Assembly: GCA_964397315.1 (NCBI GenBank)
Contig: CAYNHV010000012.1
Span: 1-35,298, forward strand
DNA from: an uncultured Methanosarcinales archaeon
GTDB lineage: Archaea > Nanobdellota > Nanobdellia > Woesearchaeales > UBA12501
DNA: 35,298 bases
Reading direction: 5' to 3'
Below the pieces are notes generated by a model. That model was not told where the DNA came from, did no database searches, and saw nothing but the letters and a program-made list of their open reading frames with translations. Numbering within the stretch: position 1 is the first letter of the stretch; every line of letters starts with the position of its first letter. Below, in pieces: positions 1 through 9,296 of this stretch. A program made the translations under genes and the position numbers.

Positions 1-12
1 AATTTTCGGTTT

Positions 13-1788
13 TTGAAACTACTTTTTAGAAATCATTTGCTTTCGGAGATACTGACTGCTTTTGGTCATTTTATGATCAAGGAGTGTTTTAACAAAATAG
101 TTAATTTTGGGTTTGAAGGCCTTGATTTTGATGACTATATCCATAGGCATCTTGTGGATATGGCTTATGACCAGGGAAATGATGTCATATTTACAAATAA
201 AGAAACTAACCAGATATTGATATTTCAAGCAAAGTTTTCTAACAATAGGCTGTTAAATACTGATGAAATCAAAAAGAACAAGGGTTTTATAGATTTTATT
301 CTAGGTTTAAGCAATGAAAAGCTTGGATTAAACTCCAAACTTAAGAAGGTGATTGATGAAGAGATATCCCCTGTTCTTAATGCAGATAATCTGAGAGATA
401 AGAATTATTCAATTACAGTATTCTATGTTGATAATTCTTTTGATAATAAGATCAAGAATGATATTAAAGCATTATATACCAATTATTATGATCAGGGAAT
501 AGACTTAGAAGTTAAATTTTATGACCATAACGAACTAGAAGAAATCTATGAGGATATAGAAATACCTAAAAATGATATTGAAGTAAGTACAATAAACGGC
601 GAGTCATTTATTAAAGATACAGTATACTATTGTGATGACGGATCTGAAACAAACCTGAAGACACTAATTGCTACAGTGAAAGCAAACAGTATAAAGAAGA
701 TTATAGAAGAACATAAGGAACTAATTTTTGCTTTAAATGTAAGATATTACAAAGGCAAGAATGAAATAAACTCTAAGATAAAAGAAGAATTCTCTAAAGG
801 CAGAAAATCAAACTTCTGGATACTTAATAATGGAATAAATGCAATATGTGAGGATCTTAAAGGACCAGAAAACGGACTATTGAATATAAAAAACATTCAA
901 ATAGTCAATGGATGCCAGACTACAAAAACATTAACAGGACTTGTTAATGATCTTCCGGATGAAGTCCAGATATTGATGAGATTAACTAAGATAGAGGATA
1001 AAACAAAGATAAGCAAGATATCTAAGAGTATAGCTATAGCCAGTAACAGCCAGAATGCAATCACCCCCAGGGATTTGCACTCAGGAGATAATATTCAGAG
1101 ATTGATATTCAAGAAACTGGATGAGGTAGGAATCTTTTATGATAAGAAAGATGGAGAGTGGGGGACAGCAGATAAGAAGAAATATAGAAATCCATATGGC
1201 AAAAGCCCCATGCATTTGAAGATTAAGAATACTGAGATGGGTAAAGCTTATATGTCTTTCTTTTTACAGATGCCCATATCTACAAAAGGAAGGGATAAAC
1301 TAGTTTTCTCAGATGTTTATTATGATGATATTTTTGACTCAAAACTTGATGAGAATCATCAGTTTTCAAAGCTTATCTTGGCATACAGGTTATCTGAAAA
1401 AGTTAATAAGTTAAAGTACAATAATGAGAATAAGTATGAGATTCTGCAGAATAATTATATTAATGATGTGTTGCTTTCTCTTGCATCACTGTATTTTCTA
1501 GATAAAAAATACAGGATATTGAATCCCAAAGAACTCAAAGATAAGGTAAATAAGATAGACTCTCAACAGTTTATGTATGAAGATCATAAGTATAAACTTA
1601 GGCTGAATGAAGACTTTGAAGAGTTTATGTTAAAAATTATAGAATCATTGCAATACATCCTGGATGTCAAGAAAGAATCTAAAAAAGAATCAGGAGAAGA
1701 GTGGGTTGCAAAAGATACCAATAACTGGCTTAAGAAAGATGGAACTTACAAAGATATACTGGAAAAGGTAATAACTAGATTAAAATAA
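13..1788 (+). CDS. AIPR (abortive infection phage resistance) family protein, probably 5'-partial
   Basis: AIPR core motifs NVRYY, FWILNNGINAIC, IQIVNGCQTT and NSQNAI..RDL; N-terminal restriction-endonuclease-like D..D...IFQAKF. The frame is open to the window edge. Confidence 0.85.
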   Translation: MKLLFRNHLLSEILTAFGHFMIKECFNKIVNFGFEGLDFDDYIHRHLVDMAYDQGNDVIFTNKETNQILIFQAKFSNNRLLNTDEIKKNKGFIDFILGLSNEKLGLNSKLKKVIDEEISPVLNADNLRDKNYSITVFYVDNSFDNKIKNDIKALYTNYYDQGIDLEVKFYDHNELEEIYEDIEIPKNDIEVSTINGESFIKDTVYYCDDGSETNLKTLIATVKANSIKKIIEEHKELIFALNVRYYKGKNEINSKIKEEFSKGRKSNFWILNNGINAICEDLKGPENGLLNIKNIQIVNGCQTTKTLTGLVNDLPDEVQILMRLTKIEDKTKISKISKSIAIASNSQNAITPRDLHSGDNIQRLIFKKLDEVGIFYDKKDGEWGTADKKKYRNPYGKSPMHLKIKNTEMGKAYMSFFLQMPISTKGRDKLVFSDVYYDDIFDSKLDENHQFSKLILAYRLSEKVNKLKYNNENKYEILQNNYINDVLLSLASLYFLDKKYRILNPKELKDKVNKIDSQQFMYEDHKYKLRLNEDFEEFMLKIIESLQYILDVKKESKKESGEEWVAKDTNNWLKKDGTYKDILEKVITRLK

Positions 1789-1789
1789 A

Positions 1790-1861
1790 ATGACAACAAT
1801 AATCTTCCACAGCGGAATTGATGAAGTTGGCGGAAACAAGCGCAGAAGGAAAGCCTGCTGA
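1790..1861 (+). pseudogene. 5' relic of an MBL-fold/beta-CASP (RNase J-like) hydrolase gene
   Basis: ATG 1 bp after the AIPR stop; reads MTTIIFHSGIDEVGGNK, matching the typical GG..E(I/V)GGN N-terminus, then terminates. Confidence 0.45.
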
Positions 1862-1910
1862 CAGACAAGATTGAAATAACAGAGGCCGGAAGGCTGAGGA
1901 TGGTGTGAAA

Positions 1911-3851
1911 ATGACTTCCAATGGACTAAAAGCAATAGCTGATATATTTGAAAGAAACATGTTTAGGATACCTGACTATCAGAGGGGCTACTCCTGGAAC
2001 CTCAAACAGCTTTCAGATTTCTGGGAAGATTTAGAGAACCTTTCTAAAGATCACACACACTATACTGGTGTATTGACTCTTGAGAAGGTTAATGAAAGCG
2101 TTTATAGCAAATGGGATGAAGATTTATGGCTGATTAAAGGAAAAGGATTTACTCCATTTTACATAGTGGATGGCCAACAAAGATTGACAACTGTTGTGAT
2201 CTTAATTCAAGCCATTATTGAAAGATTAAAAAAAGAGGATAAACTCAATTATACTTCAAGAGAAGAAATCCTTGAGAAGTATATATCACAATCAAAAGAT
2301 GCAGGAATCTCACAAACTTTCATTTTTGGATATGAAAAGGATAACCCTAGCTATGAATTTCTAAAGACTCAGATATTCCTTGCACTCTCAAATGCTAACC
2401 AGGATATTGAAACATTATATACCTCCAATCTGGAGTATGCAAAGAATTTCTTCAAAAAGAAGGTTGATGGCTTAAGCTTTGAGAATCTAGAGATCTTATT
2501 CAAAAAGATAACCCAATTCCTTAAATTCAATGTTTATGAGATAGAAGACGATTTAGATGTATTTGTTGCCTTCGAAACCATGAACAACAGGGGCAAAAGA
2601 CTATCCAGTTTAGAGCTCATGAAGAATAGGTTGACATACCTTTCTACTCTGTTCAAAGATGATCAATCTGAGAAGAATGCATTAAGAACAAATATCAACA
2701 ATGTTTGGAAGACAATATATGAATATTTGGGAAGAAATAAGTCCAATCCTCTGGATGATGATGTTTTTCTTAAGAATCATTGGATAACATATTTCAAGTA
2801 CTCTAGAAAAACTGCTGGAGATTACATCAAATTCTTACTGGAAGAACATTTTACATCAAAGAATGTGATAAACAAAAATCTGTCCATACAAGAGATACAG
2901 GAATATGTCAATAGCATGCAGGATTGTGTAAAAGTGTGGTATTATATAAATAACCCTCATGATTCAGATTTTGAGCCTCCAATAACTAAATGGTTGATAA
3001 AGCTAAATAATCTCGGATTTAGGGCGTTTGAACCATTAACCATAGCAATGTTGGTCCATAAGGATGATTACAATCAAAATGAAATAGTGTCTGTTCTTAA
3101 AGTCATGGAGAAATATATATTTCTCATCTTTAGATTAAGTAAAAGGCAGGCAAACACTGGAGATAGTGAATTTTACAGATTTGCAAAGGAAGCTTACACT
3201 AAATCCATGCCCCTAAATGAAATTATGGAAAAAATAGATGAATGGATCTTTGGAGATGAAGAGCATGAAGGATATTATGATATAAAAAAGTTTATAGATT
3301 ATATTCAAGACAGATTTGATATTGAAAGTGATGGATATTATGGCTGGAATGGGCTGAAATACTTATTATATGAATATGATTATTCCTTGCAGGAATCTTC
3401 AAAGGAAGAGCACAAGAAAATTGATTGGGTTGAATTCAACAAGGAAAGAACAAATTATCTGACAATTGAACATATATACCCTCAAACTTCAGATAAAGAA
3501 TGTTGGAATAAACATTTTGGATCATTTTCAAAGAATCAGAAACTAAGATTATGCAACACTTTAGGTAATTTGGTTCCCCTTTCTCAAAAAAAGAATTCTT
3601 CATTACAAAATGATTGTTTTGTGGACAAGAAACATCAACCAAATAGAGATATTGGCTATTTTAATGGATCATGCAGTGAAAATGAGGTGGCTCAATATAA
3701 TGATTGGACTCCTGAATCAATAAAAGAAAGAGGGCTTAAAATTCTAAGTTTCATGGAGAAAAGATGGAATATCAATTTAGGTTCTGAACAGGAGAAATTG
3801 AAAATGCTTCAAATTGACTTCCTGGACAAACCTCAGGAGAGCATTAAATGA
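1911..3851 (+). CDS. GmrSD-family type IV (modification-dependent) restriction endonuclease, DUF262 plus DUF1524/HNH
   Basis: IPDYQRGYSW, IVDGQQRLTT and FETMNNRGKRLS (DUF262); TIEHIYPQ...LGNLVPLS..KN (DUF1524 HNH). ATG 1911 follows a GGTG SD. Confidence 0.9.
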   Translation: MTSNGLKAIADIFERNMFRIPDYQRGYSWNLKQLSDFWEDLENLSKDHTHYTGVLTLEKVNESVYSKWDEDLWLIKGKGFTPFYIVDGQQRLTTVVILIQAIIERLKKEDKLNYTSREEILEKYISQSKDAGISQTFIFGYEKDNPSYEFLKTQIFLALSNANQDIETLYTSNLEYAKNFFKKKVDGLSFENLEILFKKITQFLKFNVYEIEDDLDVFVAFETMNNRGKRLSSLELMKNRLTYLSTLFKDDQSEKNALRTNINNVWKTIYEYLGRNKSNPLDDDVFLKNHWITYFKYSRKTAGDYIKFLLEEHFTSKNVINKNLSIQEIQEYVNSMQDCVKVWYYINNPHDSDFEPPITKWLIKLNNLGFRAFEPLTIAMLVHKDDYNQNEIVSVLKVMEKYIFLIFRLSKRQANTGDSEFYRFAKEAYTKSMPLNEIMEKIDEWIFGDEEHEGYYDIKKFIDYIQDRFDIESDGYYGWNGLKYLLYEYDYSLQESSKEEHKKIDWVEFNKERTNYLTIEHIYPQTSDKECWNKHFGSFSKNQKLRLCNTLGNLVPLSQKKNSSLQNDCFVDKKHQPNRDIGYFNGSCSENEVAQYNDWTPESIKERGLKILSFMEKRWNINLGSEQEKLKMLQIDFLDKPQESIK

Positions 3852-3895
3852 TAAAAGCAATAACCTTTGAGACGGACAGTTTGTTGTTAACATGA
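3848..3895 (+). pseudogene. Duplicated 5' stub of the HAD hydrolase gene
   Basis: ATGA-coupled to the GmrSD stop; reads MIKAITFETDS versus MLRAITFDLDN of the HAD at 4735. GCAATAACCTTTGA is identical at 3857-3870 and 4744-4757. Confidence 0.6.
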
Positions 3896-3979
3896 TTTAA
3901 CAGGTGTTAATATTTATTTACAGCATAAGATTCATTCTGAATAATTTCCGGAGTTTCTGAAAGAGTTTTTTGTTTTGCA

Positions 3980-3993
3980 GGAAGATTTATATA
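3980..3993 (+). promoter_or_regulatory. Archaeal BRE/TATA promoter of the PIN gene (leaderless)
   Basis: GGAAGA-TTTATATA ending 22 bp before ATG 4016. Confidence 0.6.
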
Positions 3994-4015
3994 ATTGATT
4001 TGATTATTGCTTGAT

Positions 4016-4522
4016 ATGCTGAGAGTAATATTTGACACAAACATTTACGGCCATTTACTGAAAGAAAAGGATGTAACTGAGATAGAGAATAAAATAATTG
4101 AGGATAAAGAGTTTGTTGTCTTTGGTTATCAGCCAATAAGAAAAGAAATCAGAGATATTCCAAAAGTAACTCTGCTGAGTAAAAAGACCAGGATCCTCCT
4201 GTTAAACATGTATGACAGAATCACAGGGAATCATTTCCTTGAACACTCCATAAGAATTACTAACCTGGCTAAGAAATATTATAACCACTACAGGACTTTA
4301 GGCGGAATCTATGGATGGGATACAAGCATAAGGATAGATTTTATGATAGTTGCATGCGCAAGCTTCTATGGGCTAGATATTGTCTACTCTGCAGACAACA
4401 GGACACTGCTTTGCAAGAGTTCATTAAAAGCCTATAAGCATATCAACCTCAAGAATAATCTGAGAACACCTTGTTTTCTGAAATATAATGATCTGCTTAA
4501 GAAATTCAGGGATCTAATCTAA
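4016..4522 (+). CDS. PIN-domain (VapC-like) protein
   Basis: VIFDTN, E in IRKEI, IDFMIVACA and VYSADN carry the acidic PIN residues. Confidence 0.75.
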   Translation: MLRVIFDTNIYGHLLKEKDVTEIENKIIEDKEFVVFGYQPIRKEIRDIPKVTLLSKKTRILLLNMYDRITGNHFLEHSIRITNLAKKYYNHYRTLGGIYGWDTSIRIDFMIVACASFYGLDIVYSADNRTLLCKSSLKAYKHINLKNNLRTPCFLKYNDLLKKFRDLI

Positions 4523-4636
4523 CTTATGGACATTTGTAGTTGCCTCTATGAACCTGTCTATCTCTTTGATAAACTCAGGGTCCTTTTGGGCTTCCTTGAT
4601 TGCCCTGTCCAAATCCTTTCCTTTCAACTTTTTCAT
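4514..4636 (-). CDS. 40-aa micro-protein convergent with PIN (candidate antitoxin); not in the ORF track
   Basis: MKKLKGKDLDRAIKEAQKDPEFIKEIDRFIEATTNVHKLD; minus-strand GAAAAC-TTTATATA promoter 23 bp upstream of the ATG. Confidence 0.6.
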   Translation of the reverse strand: MKKLKGKDLDRAIKEAQKDPEFIKEIDRFIEATTNVHKLD

Positions 4637-4734
4637 ATCCTGTATACAGCAGCAGGAGGTATATAAAGTTTTCTATATTCACCAGCAGCAATAGAGCAAT
4701 AGATTTAAAAAACAACAGAGGTATCCTACTGTAT

Positions 4735-5400
4735 ATGCTCCGCGCAATAACCTTTGACCTGGACAACACCCTGATTGACTTTATCAGGTTCAAGAAGAAG
4801 GCCACTGAAGCAGCAGCCTCTGCAATGATAAAGGCAGGATACAGGGGAAACAAGGAGAAGCTGAAGAAGGAGCTGTTTGATTTTTATCTAAAGCACGGGA
4901 TTGAGTCAGAGGACGCGTACCAGGAGTACCTGAGAAGGGAGGGAAATTACTCTGACAGGGTTTGCGCTGCAGGAGTGAATGCGTATGTGAGGACAAAGTA
5001 TGAGCAGTTGAAGCCTTATCCAAAAGTGAGGCCTGTGCTTAAAAAACTTAAACAAAAAGGTTATAAGCTTGCGATTGTGTCAGACGCTCCGAGGCTAAAG
5101 GCGTTCATGAGGCTTGACGCAATGGGCATGGCTGACTGTTTTGACTCTGTGGTGGGGGTTGAAGACACAGGAAGGAAGAAGCCCTCAACACTGCCATTCA
5201 GGAAGGCGCTGAGAGAGCTTAAGGTGAAGCCTTCTGAGGCCATGCATGTCGGGGACTGGAGGGACAAGGATATCTTGGGCGCAAAAAGGGCCGGAATGAG
5301 AACGTGCTTTGCGCGTTACGGAGGCAACAAGCTCGGAAAGAAGGTCTGGGCTGATGAATACATTGACAGGTTTGAGGATATGATGGAGGTAACATCATGA
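4735..5400 (+). CDS. HAD-superfamily hydrolase (subfamily IA)
   Basis: Motif I FDLDNTL, motif II IVSD, KKP, and motif IV HVGDW..KDILGA..AGM. ATG 4735 follows a TATA-like TTTAAAAA; the 4600 start in the ORF track is unlikely. Confidence 0.9.
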   Translation: MLRAITFDLDNTLIDFIRFKKKATEAAASAMIKAGYRGNKEKLKKELFDFYLKHGIESEDAYQEYLRREGNYSDRVCAAGVNAYVRTKYEQLKPYPKVRPVLKKLKQKGYKLAIVSDAPRLKAFMRLDAMGMADCFDSVVGVEDTGRKKPSTLPFRKALRELKVKPSEAMHVGDWRDKDILGAKRAGMRTCFARYGGNKLGKKVWADEYIDRFEDMMEVTS

Positions 5401-5579
5401 TGAAAGCAGTATGCCTGAAATGCTTCGCAGAGCACATGGCCTATGATGAGTTTGATGGAGAGTACATCTACGGCAGCGAGGACAGGGCCAGGGTGGAGGA
5501 ATGGATCAAAGGACACAAGCAAAAGTGCGACGGAAAGATTGCGCTGTACTTTCCTGGCATGGTTACACAGGTGGAATAA
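5397..5579 (+). CDS. Small putative Zn-binding protein
   Basis: CLKC...H..KC; ATGA overlap with HAD, GGAGGT SD, ends 1 bp before the next gene. Confidence 0.55.
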   Translation: MMKAVCLKCFAEHMAYDEFDGEYIYGSEDRARVEEWIKGHKQKCDGKIALYFPGMVTQVE

Positions 5580-5580
5580 C

Positions 5581-8214
5581 ATGCAGCAAAATAATGAATC
5601 AGACCTGAATGAGGAGAAGAAGAGGATTATCAGGACAGAGGGCAATGTGCTGGTGACAGCAAATCCCGGCACAGGCAAGACAAAGCTGCTGGCCCACAAG
5701 TACGCTGACCTCATAAGGAAAGGAGTGCCTCCTGAGAGCATACTCTGCCTTACCTTCACAGAGAAGGCCAAGAGGGAGATGGAGGAGCGGATACTTAATG
5801 TCCTGGAAAATAAAGGGATCAGGGTTGACCTCTCAAAGCTCAATGTGCACACGTTCCACGCCTACTCCCTTGACTGCATAGGTGAGAGGGAGCTCGTTTC
5901 CTCAAACCTTCTCAGGTACAGCATATACTCCTACATAAAAGAGAACGGCATACTGAACTACAATGATGACTACATCGTGGACACTCTCCTGCCAAAGATA
6001 GAGAACAGCATAAGATACCTCAAGAGCTTCGGCATAAAGCCGGACAGCATTGACGCGGAAAAGCTGGCCGGGGCTGTTGAGGGGACAGAGAGCATACCTA
6101 AGGAGGACATGGAAAAGTTCAGCAGGCACTTCATGAGAATATACGAGCATTATGAGATGGTGAAGGAGGGCAGGGGAATAGACTATTCAGACATGCTGAT
6201 CAAGTTCCTTGAGATTGAAAAGCCCAAGAAGTACAGCTATGTGCTTGTTGACGAGCTGCAGGACGTGAACAGGATAGAGGCTGAGATAGCGCTGAAGTCA
6301 GCTGAGAAATTCTTTGTCGTGGGTGACAAGAAGCAGGCAATCTTCGGATTCCAGGGAGGGAGCACAGAGAACTTCAGGCTTTTCAGCAGCAGCTCAAAAT
6401 TCGTTCTCACAGAGAACTTCAGGAGCACAAACCAGATCCTCAATTATGCCTCATCCCACTTCAGGGCCAGGACAGGAGACCATGAGCAGAAGGACGAGCT
6501 TGAGGGCCTGAGGAATGCAGAGGGAAAAGAGGGTAAAAAACCATCCCTATATGATATTGAAAGCAGAAAGAGCTTTCCTGCCGCGTGCGAGCTGGCTGCA
6601 ATGCTTGAGGGAAAAACGGCAGTGATCACAAGGACAAACGGGCAGATACTGAAGCTGGCTGAGGAGATGGATGCCAGGGGCATGAGCTACGCGTCAACAT
6701 TCTTCGCAGCATCTAAGGACGCGAGAATGCACGTTACAGCCTTCATAAGGGGCCTGATGAGCAACAATCCAGAGGACATGAAGAGCGCGCTGCTGACGCC
6801 GTTCTCTCCTGTGTGCATGAGGGATGTTTTTGATGCATTGTCAGGCAGCAGCCCTGATGCTGATGCCATACTCTCGGCATGCCCTTCTTTCAGGGAGCTC
6901 AGGGAGAGGGTCGTTAATGTTGAGGACATAAACAGGATATTTGAGGAGATGATCCTGCCCGTGGCTGTCGGCTATGGAGAGGAGTACCTGAGGGCAGCGT
7001 CAGAGCTGCACAATGCATATCAGGAAGCCCTGAGAGTCATTGAGAGCCTCTCGGTGGAGAGCCTGGCAGCATACCTCTCATCAACAGACCTGCTGGCTAG
7101 CGAGGCAGAGGAGGGGGAATTAGTGCTTACCACAGTGCACAAGGCAAAAGGCAGGGAGTTTGACAATGTGATATACCTCCCGTCCAATGTGAGCAGCAGC
7201 ACAGGGCTTGTTGACAATGTTGTCAAGGCAGCGCTTGAGCAGAAAGGCCTCGGCAGCACTGAAGGCGCGGAAGAGGAAAGGCTGAGGATAGACTTTGTCG
7301 CGTTCACAAGAGCAGAGAACCAGCTTGCCATAATCACAGGCAAGACAAAGGATTACATTGATGAAAATGCTGAGATCAGGAAGATGGAGGCAGAGCACAA
7401 GGAGGCGTTCTCAGGAAACAGGATGCAGAGGGCATACTCACTCTTTGTAAACGGCAGGAGGGATGAGGCTGAGAAGGAGCTCTCAAGAGAGCCGTGGGTG
7501 AGGGAGGCTGTCAGGAAGCACTTTGACAATCTTGACCGCATAAGCTTCTCGGCATTGCCTGACAAGGCCTATGATTATCTTGTGAAGCATGTACTAAGGG
7601 TGGAGGAGAGCAGCAGGGCCCTGAGCCTGGGGGACAGCGTGCACAAGGCAGCCCAGAGGATGTTGAACAATGAGGGGGTTGAGGAGGATGAGGAGACAAG
7701 GCCCTACCTGGAGAACATAAAAAGCATGGTCCAGGAGATAAAAAAGAAGTACCCAAAAGTTTACTCTGTTGAGGAGAAGTTCATCAAGGGGCTTGACAGC
7801 CTGGGATTTGACAGCAAAGTTAAGTTCAAGGGAGTTATTGATGCTGTGTTCACAGACGGCAGCAACTACCTAATAGTTGACTGGAAGACAAGCAGAAATG
7901 ATAAGGGAGGGGCAAAGCACAGGCAGCAGCTTGAGGCTTACAAGAGGCTCTTCTCAGCTGAGAGAGGGATTGACTATGGCAGGATCTCAGTGGCAGTAGG
8001 ATATGCCGGGCTGAGGGGTGCTGTGAATCCTTCTGAGATAAGCTGGAACCTGGATGAGAAGCAGCCCGCGAAATCAAGCTTTGGCACTTTCTCAAAAAAG
8101 GTCAGGAGATTCCTTGAGTGGAAGGATAATGTTGATGAGTTCTTCAAGGCGCTGAAGGAGGAGAAGGCCAACACTCCATTGTGGAAGGCTGTTGTTGAGG
8201 AGTGGGGCGGGTGA
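5581..8214 (+). CDS. UvrD/AddA-like SF1 helicase fused to a C-terminal PD-(D/E)XK nuclease
   Basis: NPGTGKT, TFTEKA, DELQD, GDKKQAIFGFQG, ENFRS, TVHKAKGREF and FVAFTRA; C-terminal GVIDAV...IVDWKT...QLEAY; no Fe-S cysteines. Confidence 0.88.
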   Translation: MQQNNESDLNEEKKRIIRTEGNVLVTANPGTGKTKLLAHKYADLIRKGVPPESILCLTFTEKAKREMEERILNVLENKGIRVDLSKLNVHTFHAYSLDCIGERELVSSNLLRYSIYSYIKENGILNYNDDYIVDTLLPKIENSIRYLKSFGIKPDSIDAEKLAGAVEGTESIPKEDMEKFSRHFMRIYEHYEMVKEGRGIDYSDMLIKFLEIEKPKKYSYVLVDELQDVNRIEAEIALKSAEKFFVVGDKKQAIFGFQGGSTENFRLFSSSSKFVLTENFRSTNQILNYASSHFRARTGDHEQKDELEGLRNAEGKEGKKPSLYDIESRKSFPAACELAAMLEGKTAVITRTNGQILKLAEEMDARGMSYASTFFAASKDARMHVTAFIRGLMSNNPEDMKSALLTPFSPVCMRDVFDALSGSSPDADAILSACPSFRELRERVVNVEDINRIFEEMILPVAVGYGEEYLRAASELHNAYQEALRVIESLSVESLAAYLSSTDLLASEAEEGELVLTTVHKAKGREFDNVIYLPSNVSSSTGLVDNVVKAALEQKGLGSTEGAEEERLRIDFVAFTRAENQLAIITGKTKDYIDENAEIRKMEAEHKEAFSGNRMQRAYSLFVNGRRDEAEKELSREPWVREAVRKHFDNLDRISFSALPDKAYDYLVKHVLRVEESSRALSLGDSVHKAAQRMLNNEGVEEDEETRPYLENIKSMVQEIKKKYPKVYSVEEKFIKGLDSLGFDSKVKFKGVIDAVFTDGSNYLIVDWKTSRNDKGGAKHRQQLEAYKRLFSAERGIDYGRISVAVGYAGLRGAVNPSEISWNLDEKQPAKSSFGTFSKKVRRFLEWKDNVDEFFKALKEEKANTPLWKAVVEEWGG

Positions 8215-8240
8215 AGGAGGCTCATTGAACAGAGACAAGA

Positions 8241-8885
8241 TTATAATACTGCAGAACTATTGCCTGCCAGTATCTGGCCTGCATAATTGTTCCATAACGC
8301 TGCTGCAAACAGGAAGGATTCCCTGCCGCCTTTTCTTAAAGTCTTGTTGATGTTTTTCAGAATCTGTTTCCTGCCGTTTTCATGCGCATGAAGTGCAGAA
8401 TTTCCTTTTATGATGGAGATTGGAACAAGATTTGAAGGTTTCAGAAAGAGGGGAGCTACTCTGTCTTTTCCCGGGACTGAAATCCAGTTCTTGTCAGTAT
8501 AAAACATGAAAGGACGATCATATCCTATGAAGCATCCTTGTTTGCTGTTTCTCATGCAGTACCTGCCCAATGATTTGCCGGCGTGGCAGGAACGGGCATA
8601 GGTTATTCTTTCTTTCAGCACATGGTCATTATCTCCGGATCTTATGAGCGTCTCATTATTGCCTTTTATGGATTTTTCGGAACCATGGCCGTTGAAAATT
8701 ATCATCCTGTAATCAAGCTTGTTTACGGTTTTCTCAAACTCTTTTCTGTTAGCCTGTTCAGATGAAAGCTTTTTCACATTAACACCTTTCTCTGCAGCTT
8801 TTTTGATGATTTCCCCTGAGAATTGGGAGAGGTATTCTGTTGCATAATCAGCGGATGGAAGAGTTATTATGATGCCTTTATCCAT
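8241..8885 (-). CDS. Caspase/gingipain (CHF-fold, C25-like) cysteine protease-like protein
   Basis: His-Cys dyad pattern MIIFNGHGS ... ITYARSCHAG followed by FIGY; ATG 8885 lies 1 bp after the upstream stop. Confidence 0.65.
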   Translation of the reverse strand: MDKGIIITLPSADYATEYLSQFSGEIIKKAAEKGVNVKKLSSEQANRKEFEKTVNKLDYRMIIFNGHGSEKSIKGNNETLIRSGDNDHVLKERITYARSCHAGKSLGRYCMRNSKQGCFIGYDRPFMFYTDKNWISVPGKDRVAPLFLKPSNLVPISIIKGNSALHAHENGRKQILKNINKTLRKGGRESFLFAAALWNNYAGQILAGNSSAVL

Positions 8886-8886
8886 T

Positions 8887-9114
8887 TTAAGCAGAAACCA
8901 TCTCTTTTGTGAACTTCCCGCTGCCCACAGACTTAAGGAAGGATGCATGCGCCTGGATTATCTTCCTGCCTATCTCATCCTCTTTCCTGACATGGTCCAG
9001 TATCTCCTCTTTTGTAAACTCTCCATGAGATCCTATTGAGAGCCTGAGGTTTTGGGGCATTTCCGCCTCTATCTTCATCAGTACAAGCTCCTTCATCTTA
9101 TTTTCCCCTTTCAT
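8887..9114 (-). CDS. Small hypothetical protein, paralog of 9111-9296 (start may be 9096)
   Basis: Translationally coupled to both neighbours; shares P.NLR..I ... T ... V ... G.KI.Q with the upstream protein. Confidence 0.7.
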   Translation of the reverse strand: MKGENKMKELVLMKIEAEMPQNLRLSIGSHGEFTKEEILDHVRKEDEIGRKIIQAHASFLKSVGSGKFTKEMVSA

Positions 9115-9296
9115 AGCACACCCATCTCCTCCAGTGTCTGAAGAATTTTCTTTCCCTTCCCAGTATTGTCCCTCACCTCAAGGAAGGCAGTATTCCATGT
9201 GTATGGCTTTTCATCAACAACAGCGATTATATCATCTCTAAGGTTTTCAGGGACATTAGCAAAAGCCCTCATGAATTTTGACCTTTTGTCAGGCAT
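9111..9296 (-). CDS. Small hypothetical protein, first gene of the protease operon
   Basis: Leaderless ATG about 22 bp downstream of a minus-strand CAAAACA-TTTATAAA promoter. Confidence 0.7.
   Translation of the reverse strand: MPDKRSKFMRAFANVPENLRDDIIAVVDEKPYTWNTAFLEVRDNTGKGKKILQTLEEMGVL

Noticed and set aside
5316..8225. Numerous minus-strand ORFs within the helicase gene
   Set aside because: Antisense shadows of a long, GC-richer CDS, with no motifs.
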